Of a stretch of 64,000 nucleotides of DNA, positions 1 to 12,462 are shown one piece after another (within the stretch, counting starts at the first letter, position 1; the number at the start of each line of letters is the position of its first letter). A program made the position numbers and the translations under genes. Source of the DNA: Piedraia hortae CBS 480.64 (taxonomy: Eukaryota); contig MU005957.1 in the NCBI GenBank assembly GCA_010093745.1, positions 620,001-684,000 on the forward strand, read 5' to 3'. A model generated the notes under the pieces. That model had not been told where the DNA came from. It did not search any database and saw only the letters and a program-made list of their open reading frames with translations.

Positions 1-847
1 GCACAACATTCACTGGATTGTAACGTCCGGTCGGTGAATGCGACGGAACTGCGATTGGAACAGCCGTGTTCGATCCAGCTGGCATCTGATATCCGGGATT
101 CATGCTCCATACGGCCTGAGGCGGAATATACTGCATACCTTGCGCACAACGAACACCATGTCCCGGCACATGCTGATGTTGGTGCCAAGAAGGCACCGAA
201 TACTCAACCACAGGCCCGCCTCGTTTCTGGGACTGGTTTTCACTTGACAAAGTACCAGATTCGCAGGCATCACCAGTTGATGTCAAAAGACCAGCCAGAG
301 GTTGCGGTTCAGACACACGCTTACGGTTATGACTACAAGACACTCCAGCTTCCGGGGCATGGTTCCTGTGATGCTCATATTGGATTTCCACATAACTTTG
401 CTCGAAACGGAGGCGAACATATCCTGGACAACTGCTGATTCTGTTTTCAATACAAGCAAAATTCATGCGCAGCATCGCTTCCTGCGTTGTCCATGCCTTG
501 AGGATCTTGTATTTAAACCCATCTGCTGCCTCTATGGTGCGGACGATGGTTCGGCTGGCGGCTCGTTGCAATGCTTGGCGGTAAGTGCTTGGAGCGTTGA
601 GAATATAACCTATTGAAGCAGTGGGTTTCTCGCCCATTAAGCGCAGGGCTAGTTCTTCTGCTTCTGTCAGTGTGCCCTTTTTTGCGCGCGGCAAGGACAC
701 GACGGCTTCTTCGCTGAGCCGCCACTCGTTCGAGGTGTTGTGGGGGTTCGTCTGGATACCAAATCGCAACGCGACTGCAACGGCATCCAACGAATGGAAG
801 GTGAGCACGTGGCTGTCTACGTTCATAATGGGAGCTGGGGCTGCCAT
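1..847 (-). CDS. Hypothetical protein, 3'-partial (runs off the window start)
   Basis: Manual translation gives a stop-free frame from ATG 847 to the edge (MAAPAPIMNVDSHV...FKYKILKAW...FACIEN...CPGYVRLRFEQSYVEIQYEHHRNH...). It is absent from the ORF track because no stop lies in the window. Confidence 0.7.
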   Translation of the reverse strand, partial: MAAPAPIMNVDSHVLTFHSLDAVAVALRFGIQTNPHNTSNEWRLSEEAVVSLPRAKKGTLTEAEELALRLMGEKPTASIGYILNAPSTYRQALQRAASRTIVRTIEAADGFKYKILKAWTTQEAMLRMNFACIENRISSCPGYVRLRFEQSYVEIQYEHHRNHAPEAGVSCSHNRKRVSEPQPLAGLLTSTGDACESGTLSSENQSQKRGGPVVEYSVPSWHQHQHVPGHGVRCAQGMQYIPPQAVWSMNPGYQMPAGSNTAVPIAVPSHSPTGRYNPVNVV

Positions 848-1026
848 TGCCGGACAATCGAGCTGTTCCTGCTGTGTATAATGCAGTGAGAAATAGCTCT
901 TTTAGACATAACAGCCCGGTGACGGCGCTAACAGCACAGATGAACCATCCGCGCAGAGCAAATGAAACGCACAAAATAAGAGTTACGTATATACAACGCG
1001 CAGATCTGTCCTAAATCAAGTGCATC

Positions 1027-1764
1027 TCACAGCTCCTTTTCTTTGATGCCAGATGCTGGCACAGCGTCATGGACGATTAGCCCACCCACAGCCTTTTCTC
1101 CGCCTACAGCTTTGAACGTGTTGTAAAACAGCCATTCGGTCGCCCGTTCCACGGGCTCATCAAAGAGCCTTGGCAGCATTGGGACGACGCTCAGGCCAAG
1201 GCCTATTGGCCCCCATGTCCGAAGTCTCTGGTTTTTGACGTTCTTCATAGCGCGCCCGCTATATTTGACTACGCTGTGGATGGTCATGGCAGGAAGGCCC
1301 ATGGAGGCTATGGACTGGAAGATACCTCGCTGAACCACTACCGTCTGCCAGCGATCGAGGGGCGGAGTATAGGACGCCTCCTGATTTCGCTTGTAGGCTT
1401 TGAATCCCTCGTATCCAACGTCTCCAGCGATATATGCCCAGCTGATGCCGTACGCGGATTTGACAAGGTAGGGATGTGCAACCGGACGGAAAGACTCGCC
1501 AATGTCCGACGTATACGCCACGTAACGGTGAGCGCTGCGAAGAATGGTGCGCAAGTTGCGCGCGTACCCGGCATAGCGCACGTTGGATGAGGTGCTGTCA
1601 TCGGGCCTGTCAGAGCGGCTGCCAAAGAGCTCCCACCATCGCTCCTCGCTGTCGAGGGTTTTTTGGATCTCAGAAGGAAGCGAGGTGCGCGGTAAAGGTT
1701 TGGAGAAGTCAGGCTTCTCGTCCTGCTGGATTGTGGCGGCCTTGGTCGTGGTTGAGTCCGGCAT
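1027..1764 (-). CDS. MTP18: Mitochondrial fission process protein 1 (MTP18/MTFP1 family)
   Basis: RYVAYTSDIGESFRPVAHP, FQSIASMGLPAMTIHSVV and GPIGLGL..VP.LP.LFDEPVE motifs. Confidence 0.92.
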   Translation of the reverse strand: MPDSTTTKAATIQQDEKPDFSKPLPRTSLPSEIQKTLDSEERWWELFGSRSDRPDDSTSSNVRYAGYARNLRTILRSAHRYVAYTSDIGESFRPVAHPYLVKSAYGISWAYIAGDVGYEGFKAYKRNQEASYTPPLDRWQTVVVQRGIFQSIASMGLPAMTIHSVVKYSGRAMKNVKNQRLRTWGPIGLGLSVVPMLPRLFDEPVERATEWLFYNTFKAVGGEKAVGGLIVHDAVPASGIKEKEL

Positions 1765-1842
1765 GGTGGAAGACGTGAGGTCGGTCCGCGGAAGTCACAA
1801 GTTTCACATCTTCCACTTCCTGCAAACCAGCCCATACCCATC

Positions 1843-2169
1843 ATGGTCGCCTACTACGAGATTTTCGGCCAAAAGGTCGGTTCGCATGTCGTATGTATCT
1901 CTAGACCATCAATTGCGCCCTTTCTAACCGCAGCTAAGCTCTCCATGGCGGTGCTAGGCCTGCTCGGCGGCGGCATAACAATGGTCACGGGCGGTTCCAA
2001 AGCAAAGTCGGTCGCGCAAGGACCCCCAATTAATGCGTCTTCCAAGGACGAAGAGAAGTTCATTCAGTGCGTACATCTCCGGCTACGACCCAGACCGATC
2101 GGCGAGACTAACAACAGCAGGGATTTCCTCAAAGAAGCCGAGGGCGAGAAGAAAGGGGAGAAGAAGTAG
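1843..2169 (+). CDS. ATP19: ATP synthase subunit k; introns 1891-1938 and 2067-2120
   Basis: Spliced product MVAYYEIFGQKVGSHV-LSMAVLG...GPPINASSKDEEKFIQ-DFLKE. GTATGT and GTGCGT donors, CTAAC branch sites. Confidence 0.9.
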   Translation: MVAYYEIFGQKVGSHVVCISRPSIAPFLTAAKLSMAVLGLLGGGITMVTGGSKAKSVAQGPPINASSKDEEKFIQCVHLRLRPRPIGETNNSRDFLKEAEGEKKGEKK

Positions 2170-2426
2170 ACTCGCTGTATGATAAAGGATTGCCGGTACA
2201 AACTTTGCCACTCCATACTCCAGCTGACTTCAGTCTGGCATCATGCTTCTTTTCGAAGCCTATACAAGTCGCCGTTTGACGCATGACTCTCACAAACGAC
2301 TATCATCTAAAGGGTTTGTACAGCTATGTACTAATCTCGCGAGCCACGACTTCATGGTTATTCAGATGACCAGCGAGCTGTTGTTAAGAAGCAAAACCAT
2401 CAAGACTTTGCAAAAGCTATCTACGT

Positions 2427-4178
<1,752 letters not shown>

Positions 4179-4326
4179 TTAGCAACTCACGTCATGGCCC
4201 CACGGCGGGGCATGGCAGCTGTCACGTGCATAGTGGGGGGAGCATCTGACATCTGTGCGATGAAAGGGAGCAGGAAGGCGATGGAAAACTTGCTCGGATG
4301 ACTCAGTTTACACTTGTTCTACCGCC

Positions 4327-5258
4327 TCAAGAAGATTTCTTGGCAAACTCCACGCGTAGGATGAGATGCATGAAGCCGTAGCCGTCGACCTTCTCGCACG
4401 CCTTGGTGGCAGCGGCACGATCAGCAAACGACACAAAGGCAAAGCCCTTGGCCCGCCCCGTTTCTCTGTCCTTGGCGAGGAAGACTCTGGTGACGCGTCC
4501 ATATTTCTCGAAGATGTACCGAATGTCGCCTTCCTCTGCAAATTCTGAGACCTGTAGCGTCAGTTAGCACGTAAGCCTGGAATCGTGTCCACGACACTTA
4601 CGTTGGTAACCCGTAACGTCGCGAGGTCATCGCGTTCAAACTTGCCGCCGCCCACCTTCTCGCCCGTAGTAACTGCCCCACTGCGCAAGTGAGGCGGGAC
4701 GTAGCTACCACCCTTTCCACCGCCAATGCGGCCCGCATCCGGATCCGGCTTCTCTGCTGTCTCGATCACGGCGCCACCAGGTTCGCCTTCGGGTGCCATG
4801 TTGCCTTTGAAGGGACATTTCGTGGTGAAATGGTCGCCCTTGCAAATACGACACTTGATTTGCATCTTCTTCAGTTGCTCCGCCTTCTTGTCTTCTTCTG
4901 GCTTCGCTTCTGGCTGCTGCCCACTCTTAAATCCCATGACGGGTTTGAAGACAATGTTCTCGCCCAGTGTGGTCGTATCGGGTCGAGGGCCAGCGACCTT
5001 GCCGGCTTCCAGACCGATCTTGGGCCATGCCCGTCGCTCGGCCACTCGCGGGTTTTCCTTTTTGGTTACTATTGTCCGGCGAATACGCTGGGTGCGCCTG
5101 GCGCGTTTCCCTTGCTCATTGATGAAGACAGTGATGATCGTCTCAGTTCCATCCTTGTTCTTGGTGATCTGGGGCGGCGGAATGGCCGTGGCAAGATCCG
5201 GCTCATCATCTTCGGCCCAGTCAGTTCGGGGAGGATTCTGCACCGCTGCTGCTGCCAT
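4327..5258 (-). CDS. TIF35: Translation initiation factor eIF3 subunit G; intron 4552-4601
   Basis: DWAEDD N-terminus, [14 protein letters not shown] zinc knuckle, YVPPHLR. After splicing the RRM reads [13 protein letters not shown]...[21 protein letters not shown]...[12 protein letters not shown]. Confidence 0.95.
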
Positions 5259-5569
5259 GCTTGCTATTCTGTGTTGCGAAATTTATTTCTAAAATGTCAT
5301 GTCGTGTGGGACATGGTCCGAGGATGAGTCAGCAGCCGCTTCAAGTGACGTCATCCTTCCCAAAGTGCAATCATCGAATCACCTTTACAAAACTTCCAAG
5401 TGGTTCGCCTAACAAGAGGGGAAAGTGTAGCACAGCGGGTGACATATGGGTCTAATGCTGGTTTCAATAGTTGCACGAGCTCTTTGATGCCGTCTTTAGC
5501 AAATGCTTCAAAAATCAATGTCATTTCCCACAACTCCAAACGCCAGATACGCAATGATAGGTAAACGCC

Positions 5570-6940
5570 TTAGGCTGCGCCAGCGGAGGTTGGTGGCTGA
5601 TACACCTTGGTCACCTGAGCCCCGGCGCGGATGATGCGGTTGCCATTTTCATCCTTGACAATCATCGTGTCCTTGTTCTCTTGGTGCGACCGCTTCCAGA
5701 TCTCCACCTCCATGCCGCCGCGGATAACGCCCACCCTCATCGTCGAGAGCAGGTTGTGAGCTGCATTGCTGTGGTTGTACACCCCTCCGTTGAACATAGC
5801 AGTGGCGTCTTTGCCAATTCCGCTCCTGATCAGAGCCTTGCCGCCCGGGTGGTCGTTGATGAAATCCGTTACATCATGCACGACACCGCAGATGGCTACC
5901 AAACCGCGGCCGTCCTTGCACTGACTAACGTAATCATCCCACTCAATGACCGGCAGCTGGTCAAGCGGCGTGCCCCAGTCGAGCTTGGCACGCTTCTGGT
6001 CAAGCTTCTTCTGCATCTGTTGCAGCCGGCCCTTTTCGATTTCGTTGGCACGGAACTGCTTCAGATCGTAGGCGAGGCCGATTTGCTTCCAGAACCAGAT
6101 GACCCACTTGGTGGGATCATACTGATGCCACTCAATGGCGTTGCGGTAATCCGACGGGAACTCATGGTGAAAGTTGTGATATCCTTCGCCAAGAGTGACG
6201 AGAGCAGTGATGACATGATCGCGGGGGCTGTTGCGGTCATCAAAAGGCTGGTCGCCAAGCCAGTGAGCAAGGGAGTTGACGCAGAACGTGGCCTGCTGAA
6301 CAAAACAAAGACGTAGGATACCAGCGTAGGCGAGGCCGCCATACCAGTCGCCCCATCCGAGGCCGGCAACAACACAGGGAACGCCCAGCCCCATGACAGC
6401 CATCACCAACTTGTAGTGCTTGTGCTGCCAAACGACAACAGGATCGTCGTTCAGGTCTGAGATGTCGGTGCGACCGATGCGCTTGGGGTTCTGCTTCATG
6501 ACCATCCAGCCAAGGTGGGAATACAGTAGACCTTTGCGGACGCTGTAGGGGTCCTTTTCCGTGTCAGTGTAGCGGTGATGAGCACGATGGTCGCGCGCCC
6601 ACCATCTGATAGAGCCTTCGACGGCACCGCCCCCAACTGCAGCCAGGAAAATCTGGAGAGGCAGCGTGGCCGAGTACGATGTGTGGGCCCAGAGACGATG
6701 GTATCCCGCTGTGATGCCCAGGCCAGTAGTAAAGTAGTAGGCCACTGCCCACAAAGCCGTGGCAGTGCGAAGCGGCACCCAAAAGGCAGAAATGAAGCCA
6801 ATAAGTGGAATGCCGATGATAAAGGTGACATTCAGCCAGTTAACATGCTTGTACCAGTTCTTCCTTGTCATAGGAGTCTCCGTGATATGAGGTTTCTGGA
6901 TATTGCTCCTGTTCACAGCGGCGGTTTGGTCTGATGCCAT
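5570..6940 (-). CDS. OLE1: Delta-9 acyl-CoA desaturase with C-terminal cytochrome b5 domain (start MASDQ)
   Basis: His boxes HRLWAH, HRAHH and HNFHH; cytochrome b5 HPGG motif. Confidence 0.97.
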   Translation of the reverse strand: MASDQTAAVNRSNIQKPHITETPMTRKNWYKHVNWLNVTFIIGIPLIGFISAFWVPLRTATALWAVAYYFTTGLGITAGYHRLWAHTSYSATLPLQIFLAAVGGGAVEGSIRWWARDHRAHHRYTDTEKDPYSVRKGLLYSHLGWMVMKQNPKRIGRTDISDLNDDPVVVWQHKHYKLVMAVMGLGVPCVVAGLGWGDWYGGLAYAGILRLCFVQQATFCVNSLAHWLGDQPFDDRNSPRDHVITALVTLGEGYHNFHHEFPSDYRNAIEWHQYDPTKWVIWFWKQIGLAYDLKQFRANEIEKGRLQQMQKKLDQKRAKLDWGTPLDQLPVIEWDDYVSQCKDGRGLVAICGVVHDVTDFINDHPGGKALIRSGIGKDATAMFNGGVYNHSNAAHNLLSTMRVGVIRGGMEVEIWKRSHQENKDTMIVKDENGNRIIRAGAQVTKVYQPPTSAGAA

Positions 6941-7817
6941 GATGGAGGATATGTGGAAGGAGAGGAAGAGAGTTAGGTGAAGGGAAGGACAATAGCTAGG
7001 GAAAGCGTGAAGAAAAGGATGAGCAGGCACGATTTCAATGCCCGGTCTGGTCAACAAAAATTGCTGTCCTTACTATGCATTTACGCCCGAACGGAAGTGA
7101 GTTGATTGGCCAGCGATGACGTTTTGGTGGGGTTCCAACAGCTCGATGGGACAGGGACAGGCGGAAGGTCCGGGCCGTCTGTGCCAAGACTCATACGGCC
7201 GTAGGACTTGGGGAGACGGCGGATGAGTGCGAGTCAGCCAGCAGTAGACAGCTGAGCATCGCTTTCACATGTCATGGCCCCGCCGCTTATCGCCAGCAAA
7301 CTTAGCTAAACGACTTTGATTCCATCGCCGTTTGTTCTGATCCAGCTCTTTCCCATTGAAAGAATGATTCGAGTCGGAGTGCTTCAGCAACGTCACAGAG
7401 ACAAGACTTTCTCGTTTTGTTTCTACTGGTCGATAAGGTTGCCGCCACAGCTAAAGTTACTCAAGTTGTGTGACTACTGGTGAGCAGCAGCACAACAATC
7501 CTGTATGTCCAAAAGACATGGTGAATTCCTCGACGTCCGTAACTAGGCAACGTGTGGCTTGTTGAGCGTCTACCAAGCTGCTGCTTCGCTGACCGCAGAG
7601 ACCCACAAATGTTGTTAATGGGCAAATAAGAGCACGTGGACGGAGATTGCATGGATGCAGAGGCTCGATAGCCAGCCACCGCTTTCGTGATTGGACAAGA
7701 GGTGGCAAGAGCAGGAAAATGACGCAGAGATGACGCGACCGTGCATATGGGCGCCTGGACCTCCACCACCGCCCCGCGCTCGGTTTTTGACCGCGAGAAT
7801 TCCTGTCCACGTCTGTC

Positions 7818-9593
7818 ATGTCTCGTTACGGGCCTCCGTATGACATTCCGCAGCGATGGGACCGCGACCGCTTCGAGCGTTTCGCCCAACGCGAGCCTGC
7901 TCCCCCCCCACCCCCGCCCGGCGCCTATGACGCTGATTACTACCACCGCTACGAGGAGCGTGATAGGCCAGGCCGTCGCAGCATTGCTGTGCAGGACCGC
8001 ATAGATGAGAACTCTCCATATGGCCGTTACGAGGAAAGAGATCGGTTCTACGAGGATGACAGGATGGCTCCTCGCCCTCGTCGACGCACTGAGCGGGAGC
8101 TCATGGGCGACGTCGATCCCCGGGAAGCCGGCATGGCCATGGCACCCTACCGACAGAGCTTATCGCGCGAGGAGATGGACATCAACCGCCCCCGTCCCGC
8201 TCGCCCCGGTATGTTGAGGCGCCAGAGCAGCCTGGATACGTTTGACCGCAAGCCGGCTCGCTTCGACCCGTTCTATCCACCTGGCCGGCCACGCGCCTAT
8301 GAGCGTGACTACGAGGACATGCGCTACCGCGATTATGAGCCCGACCGCTATCGTGGCTACGAAATTGAGCGGGAGCGGTCAATGGTCCGGCGCAAGGAGT
8401 CGATTGCGGCGCCCGTCCGGCAGAGCAGAACCAAGAGCATCTCTACGCGCCATACATCGCCCAGCTCCGAAAGCAGCGAAGATGAAACTGTGATCGAGAG
8501 CGTGCATGAGGAGACAACCAAGAAGAAGAAGAAGAAGAAGAAGAAGAAGGGCAAGACGCGGATGCCTAAGCGACTGGTACGCAAAGAGGCGCTCAATGAT
8601 CTCGGCTACACCTATGAGGAGGAAGAGAATTTCTTCATTGTGCAGGTGCCCATGGAAAAGGAGCAAAGCGACGAGGTCATCGAGGTCTCACGCCTGTACA
8701 ATGAGGGCCTCAAGGGCACCTCCGCCGAAACCTCCAAGAAGAAGGTGTACCGCTATTCGGAGACGGTCGAGGAAGAAACTGGTGGGGGTGCCGAGACAGC
8801 TCTCGCCCCTAAACCTGCTCCTGCTCCTACTGCTCCGCCCTCGGTTGCTCCTGCTGCTCCTCCAACCGTCGTGCCTACTGCGCAACCTGAAGCACCCCCC
8901 GCCCCGCCACCTGTAGCTGAGCAGCGCGAAGAAGTGACCAAAACGGAGTGGGTAAACCCGCCAACTGTCGTTATGGCTGGCGCTGCCGGGCGTGAATCGC
9001 GTCCTATGCGGTCCTCTTCTCCATCTGCTATGAGCTCCATTAGTCAGGCTCGTCGCTCGAGTCCTACCACTGTGCATCGTAGCCGCTCGCGTCGTCGCCG
9101 CAGCGACTCACGCCATTACCGCAGTCATTCGCGCCATCACCGCCACAAGTCTCGCCATCGCCGTTCACGATCGAGGACGGCCACCTACGCTGAGGACAGG
9201 CGGACGGTATACGACGACATCCGCCCCCCGGCACCGCCGACGGCACCTGGCGAGATCATTGAAGATCATCGAACAATCATCGAGGATCGGCGGGGAGAAC
9301 CGTCTCACCACGGCGGTGCGCTGGTCGTGCAGGAACGAGAGTTCAACTCAGATCGCGAGTACCGGGATGAGATTGCGCGACTCGAGGCCGAAGCCCGAGC
9401 TCTGCAGCTTGAACGCAGAGCGGGAGAAGTGCGAGACCGCGCTGCTCGGAGACGCAGACAGTCGACTGTAGGGGATGACTACGAGGAGGTGGTGTACCGC
9501 GAAACGGTAAGGGATCGGAGCCCACCGAAAAACGTCCTCAAGGTGGAAAAGGATCGGAAAGGTAGGATGGCTTTAGTCCGGTCTGCTGAATGA
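7818..9593 (+). CDS. Conserved fungal R/E/S-rich protein (DUF8035-like)
   Basis: 591-aa ORF with RPGMLRRQSSLDTFDR, GKTRMPKRLV..EAL.DLGY.YEEE and a C-terminal VEKDRKGRMALV, typical of a Pezizomycotina family. Confidence 0.75.
   Translation: MSRYGPPYDIPQRWDRDRFERFAQREPAPPPPPPGAYDADYYHRYEERDRPGRRSIAVQDRIDENSPYGRYEERDRFYEDDRMAPRPRRRTERELMGDVDPREAGMAMAPYRQSLSREEMDINRPRPARPGMLRRQSSLDTFDRKPARFDPFYPPGRPRAYERDYEDMRYRDYEPDRYRGYEIERERSMVRRKESIAAPVRQSRTKSISTRHTSPSSESSEDETVIESVHEETTKKKKKKKKKKGKTRMPKRLVRKEALNDLGYTYEEEENFFIVQVPMEKEQSDEVIEVSRLYNEGLKGTSAETSKKKVYRYSETVEEETGGGAETALAPKPAPAPTAPPSVAPAAPPTVVPTAQPEAPPAPPPVAEQREEVTKTEWVNPPTVVMAGAAGRESRPMRSSSPSAMSSISQARRSSPTTVHRSRSRRRRSDSRHYRSHSRHHRHKSRHRRSRSRTATYAEDRRTVYDDIRPPAPPTAPGEIIEDHRTIIEDRRGEPSHHGGALVVQEREFNSDREYRDEIARLEAEARALQLERRAGEVRDRAARRRRQSTVGDDYEEVVYRETVRDRSPPKNVLKVEKDRKGRMALVRSAE
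8519..8549 (+). repeat. (AAG)n microsatellite encoding poly-Lys
   Basis: About 10 AAG units in frame inside the 7818-9593 ORF. Confidence 0.9.
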
Positions 9594-9977
9594 TCACTGG
9601 CGGCTGACCTGTTCAGCACGACACCGGTCCAAGAGTAGACGCCGCTCCAAGAGTAGGCGTCGCCAGCCCAACTCGGTCGCTGCTGCCATTGCCAGCTTGT
9701 CATAGGATGTTGTCTATCGTCTCGAAATGTGAACACGCCGGTCATGATGGGTATATAGTTTGCGTGGAATAAATGAAACGTGTACATGTGCCTGGTTTCT
9801 CGGTTGACATTATTGCCTCATTTTCACTTCATGCTAGGGATATATTACAGTAGACCCTCTCATTGGCATGGTCATGTTCAGAGTAGGCCTTTGGAGTCCA
9901 CTCAGCCGTACTCCATGGATGTGGCTCCTGTGCAGCAGTTTGAGGGTGAGTCTTCAGGGAGATATGTCGCGATTCGG

Positions 9978-10661
9978 TCACCTCCATTGAATGCCAAAGA
10001 CCTTTCCAACGCCCTGTTTCATCTGCTCGGCAGTGGAGCCCTCGAGGTAGTATGTAGCATGATTAGGCACATCCAGACTCATCAGGCGGTACTCCCAGTC
10101 TTTCCGGCCTGGCTGGCGGCTGACGTGCACATTGACTGTGCCCTGCGTATCACTCCCACTAGCACGAACGTAGAAATGCAAGTGCGTGTGCTCTACCCCA
10201 GCAGCGTCTTTCTCATGTCGGCTGGCGATTGTGCGGTTGCGAGCCCATCTGCTCCATGACGGCTCCCCATATGCCTCGATACCTACATTATGACCCCTGC
10301 CTCCCGACAGCATTTCGATGCAGCGTGGATCAGCACGCACGCGATCAGCGGCGCGGTTGAAGACGGCCGTCTTGGAGTCTGAGCTGAAGACTTCGAGATA
10401 GAGAACCGTCGCCACGCCAACCGTCATGGCAGCCCCGACAAGAATAAGAGTCAGGTTGAATGACTGCTGCGTAGTGCGAGCTGCCTTTTCCTTATATGTC
10501 AGGTCCTTCCATGGCACTTGGCCGGTATCAGTTACAACCGTGACTGATTTCCGCCGACTAGCAGGGCCAGAAGATGTGGAAGCAGCGCGGATGAAGGAAC
10601 GGTGGGGCAGAACGCGTGGATAGACACAAGGTAGAGCGCGTCCAACAACACGCGAGGCCAT
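9978..10661 (-). CDS. TIM21: Mitochondrial import inner membrane translocase subunit Tim21
   Basis: Presequence-like N-terminus, W..L...EKAARTTQQSFN, a TM segment, AYGEPSWSRWARNR and a C-terminal GKVFGIQWR. Confidence 0.92.
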   Translation of the reverse strand: MASRVVGRALPCVYPRVLPHRSFIRAASTSSGPASRRKSVTVVTDTGQVPWKDLTYKEKAARTTQQSFNLTLILVGAAMTVGVATVLYLEVFSSDSKTAVFNRAADRVRADPRCIEMLSGGRGHNVGIEAYGEPSWSRWARNRTIASRHEKDAAGVEHTHLHFYVRASGSDTQGTVNVHVSRQPGRKDWEYRLMSLDVPNHATYYLEGSTAEQMKQGVGKVFGIQWR

Positions 10662-10697
10662 TGTTGTGGTGGTTGATGCTCAACGCTCTCCACAGCA

Positions 10698-12172
10698 ATG
10701 ACTTCCGCCCTCCAACATCTAATCAACGTGCTCGAGGAGCGGAACATCAAGTTTGCTAAACAAGACATCACAGCCGCGTTTGGAAATGACCAAACAAGAG
10801 ACCAAATTGAGGCATGGGTGGGGGAGTATCTCACTCCAGTGTCCTTGCTGACGCCAGAAGAACTCGCATTGTGCGTCGGGCATAGTCCTTGTAGAATATC
10901 TACTAACCAAACTAGTGCGAAGCATACCACCCATCCATCAGGTATATACACCGCCGGTCGGCCTCTTCAGGACTCCGAGCTCGAAGCAGCCATCACTTCT
11001 ATCGAAGCCGGAACCGCAGCGCTGCAGGCACAATGCGAGCGAATGCGCGTCCAAAAGTCCGCACTGGCGCACTTCTCCCAGCCATCACCTAGCCAATCTC
11101 GCCCCCAAGGAACCCACGATTCAGAATGCGCCCAGCTAACCACCTCCCTCCAATCAACCCTCTCCTCCTCCCGCCAAGCCATCCAATCCCGTCTCCAGCC
11201 CATCCAAGGCATCGTAGCCCGCACCCTATCTGAAGACGACAGTATCCTCTCCGACCTCGAATCCCGCCTCACCAAACTAACCCCCAATCCCACCTCCAAG
11301 TCCCCCGACGAAACCGCCAAAGAAGTCGAAACTCTCTGCCAAATCCTATCCACCTACACCGCCCGCGAAATCCGCGCACGCATCTCCCTACCCACCAACC
11401 TCCCATCAGCAAACACCGACACTGCAACCCTCCGCACCGAACTCGAAGCCCTAACAACCGAAATCGACGACCTAGCCACCATGTCGACGGATACTCAGTT
11501 CCGCAAACCCATCCTCGCCGCCCTCGCGTCCGCACAAACTCGCTCCAATAACCTCCATGTGCAGGAGAGGGAATATGTAACCACCACACTCACCCATATA
11601 ATTTCTCGTCTAGAGGCGATGGAGGGGTATACCTCCCACGCGCAATCCTACTGCGCCGCGCTGGGTGAAGTCGCTGCCGCGCTAAGCAGCACCGCCGAGA
11701 TGGCTGCTCCGGGTAAAGGGCGGTTGAAACCGCTTAGGCTCGTGCAGGCGCATTCCGAAATTGATCCGGCAGTTGCGAGGCTATTGAGGCTTTTTGGTGT
11801 TAGGGGTGAAGGGGGTGGGTTGGGGAGGGTTGTGATCGAGATGGAGGAGGTTGTGGGGGGGTTCGAGAGGGAGGTTGAGAGGGAGATGAGGGGGGAGGTG
11901 GCGGGGGAGGTGGCGGGAGGGTATGCCACTGTGATGCCGTTGGTGGGGGTTGTGTATGAAAATTCGCCTTTTGCGGCGGTGGGGGTCGGTGGGAATTATG
12001 GATTGGAGGGGGGGGGGGGGGGGGGGGGTATGCCACTGTGATGCCGTTGGTGGGGGTTGTGTATGAAAATTCGCCTTTTGCGGCGGTGGGGGTCGGTGGG
12101 AATTATGGATTGGAGGGGCTGGAGGGGGAGACGGAGAGGGTGGGTGGGTTGTTGAGTGGGATGGGTAGGTGA
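10698..12172 (+). CDS. Hypothetical coiled-coil protein; intron 10871-10915; 3' end disrupted by a tandem duplication
   Basis: W..EYL....LLT.EEL N-terminus and a GTGCGT..CTAAC..TAG intron. Removing the duplicated copy gives ...YGLEGLEGETERVGGLLSGMGR* ending at 12172. Confidence 0.7.
11921..12118 (+). repeat. Perfect ~90 bp tandem duplication separated by a 21-nt poly-G run
   Basis: GTATGCCACTGTGATG...GGATTGGAGGGG occurs at 11921 and 12028; G run at 12008-12028. Confidence 0.92.
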
Positions 12173-12462
12173 TTCGTGTGTGTGTTTGAGGATGGTGGGT
12201 GGTTGGTATCAATGTTGCGAGGAGTGCAGGGGAGAGGTTGGTTGAGAGAGGGCATGAGTGGACCACAATGAGTCTGTTTCACTCAGAAGGATGTGTAGTG
12301 GGGGTCTCGGTGTTTCTCGTATCATAGATCTCCGGTCCGAACTTCTTCCAGCTGCATCATAACTATGGGAAGTTGGGGTTGACTTGACTTGAGTTGAGTT
12401 TGGTATATAACGCCATGGCAGGTCGCAACCTCACATATGGCATATGCGAAGTTATTCCGATC

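Noticed and set aside
12377..12402. GACTT/GAGTT pentamer run as a telomere or CRISPR-like repeat
   Set aside because: Only a few degenerate units with no spacers, and the DNA is eukaryotic.
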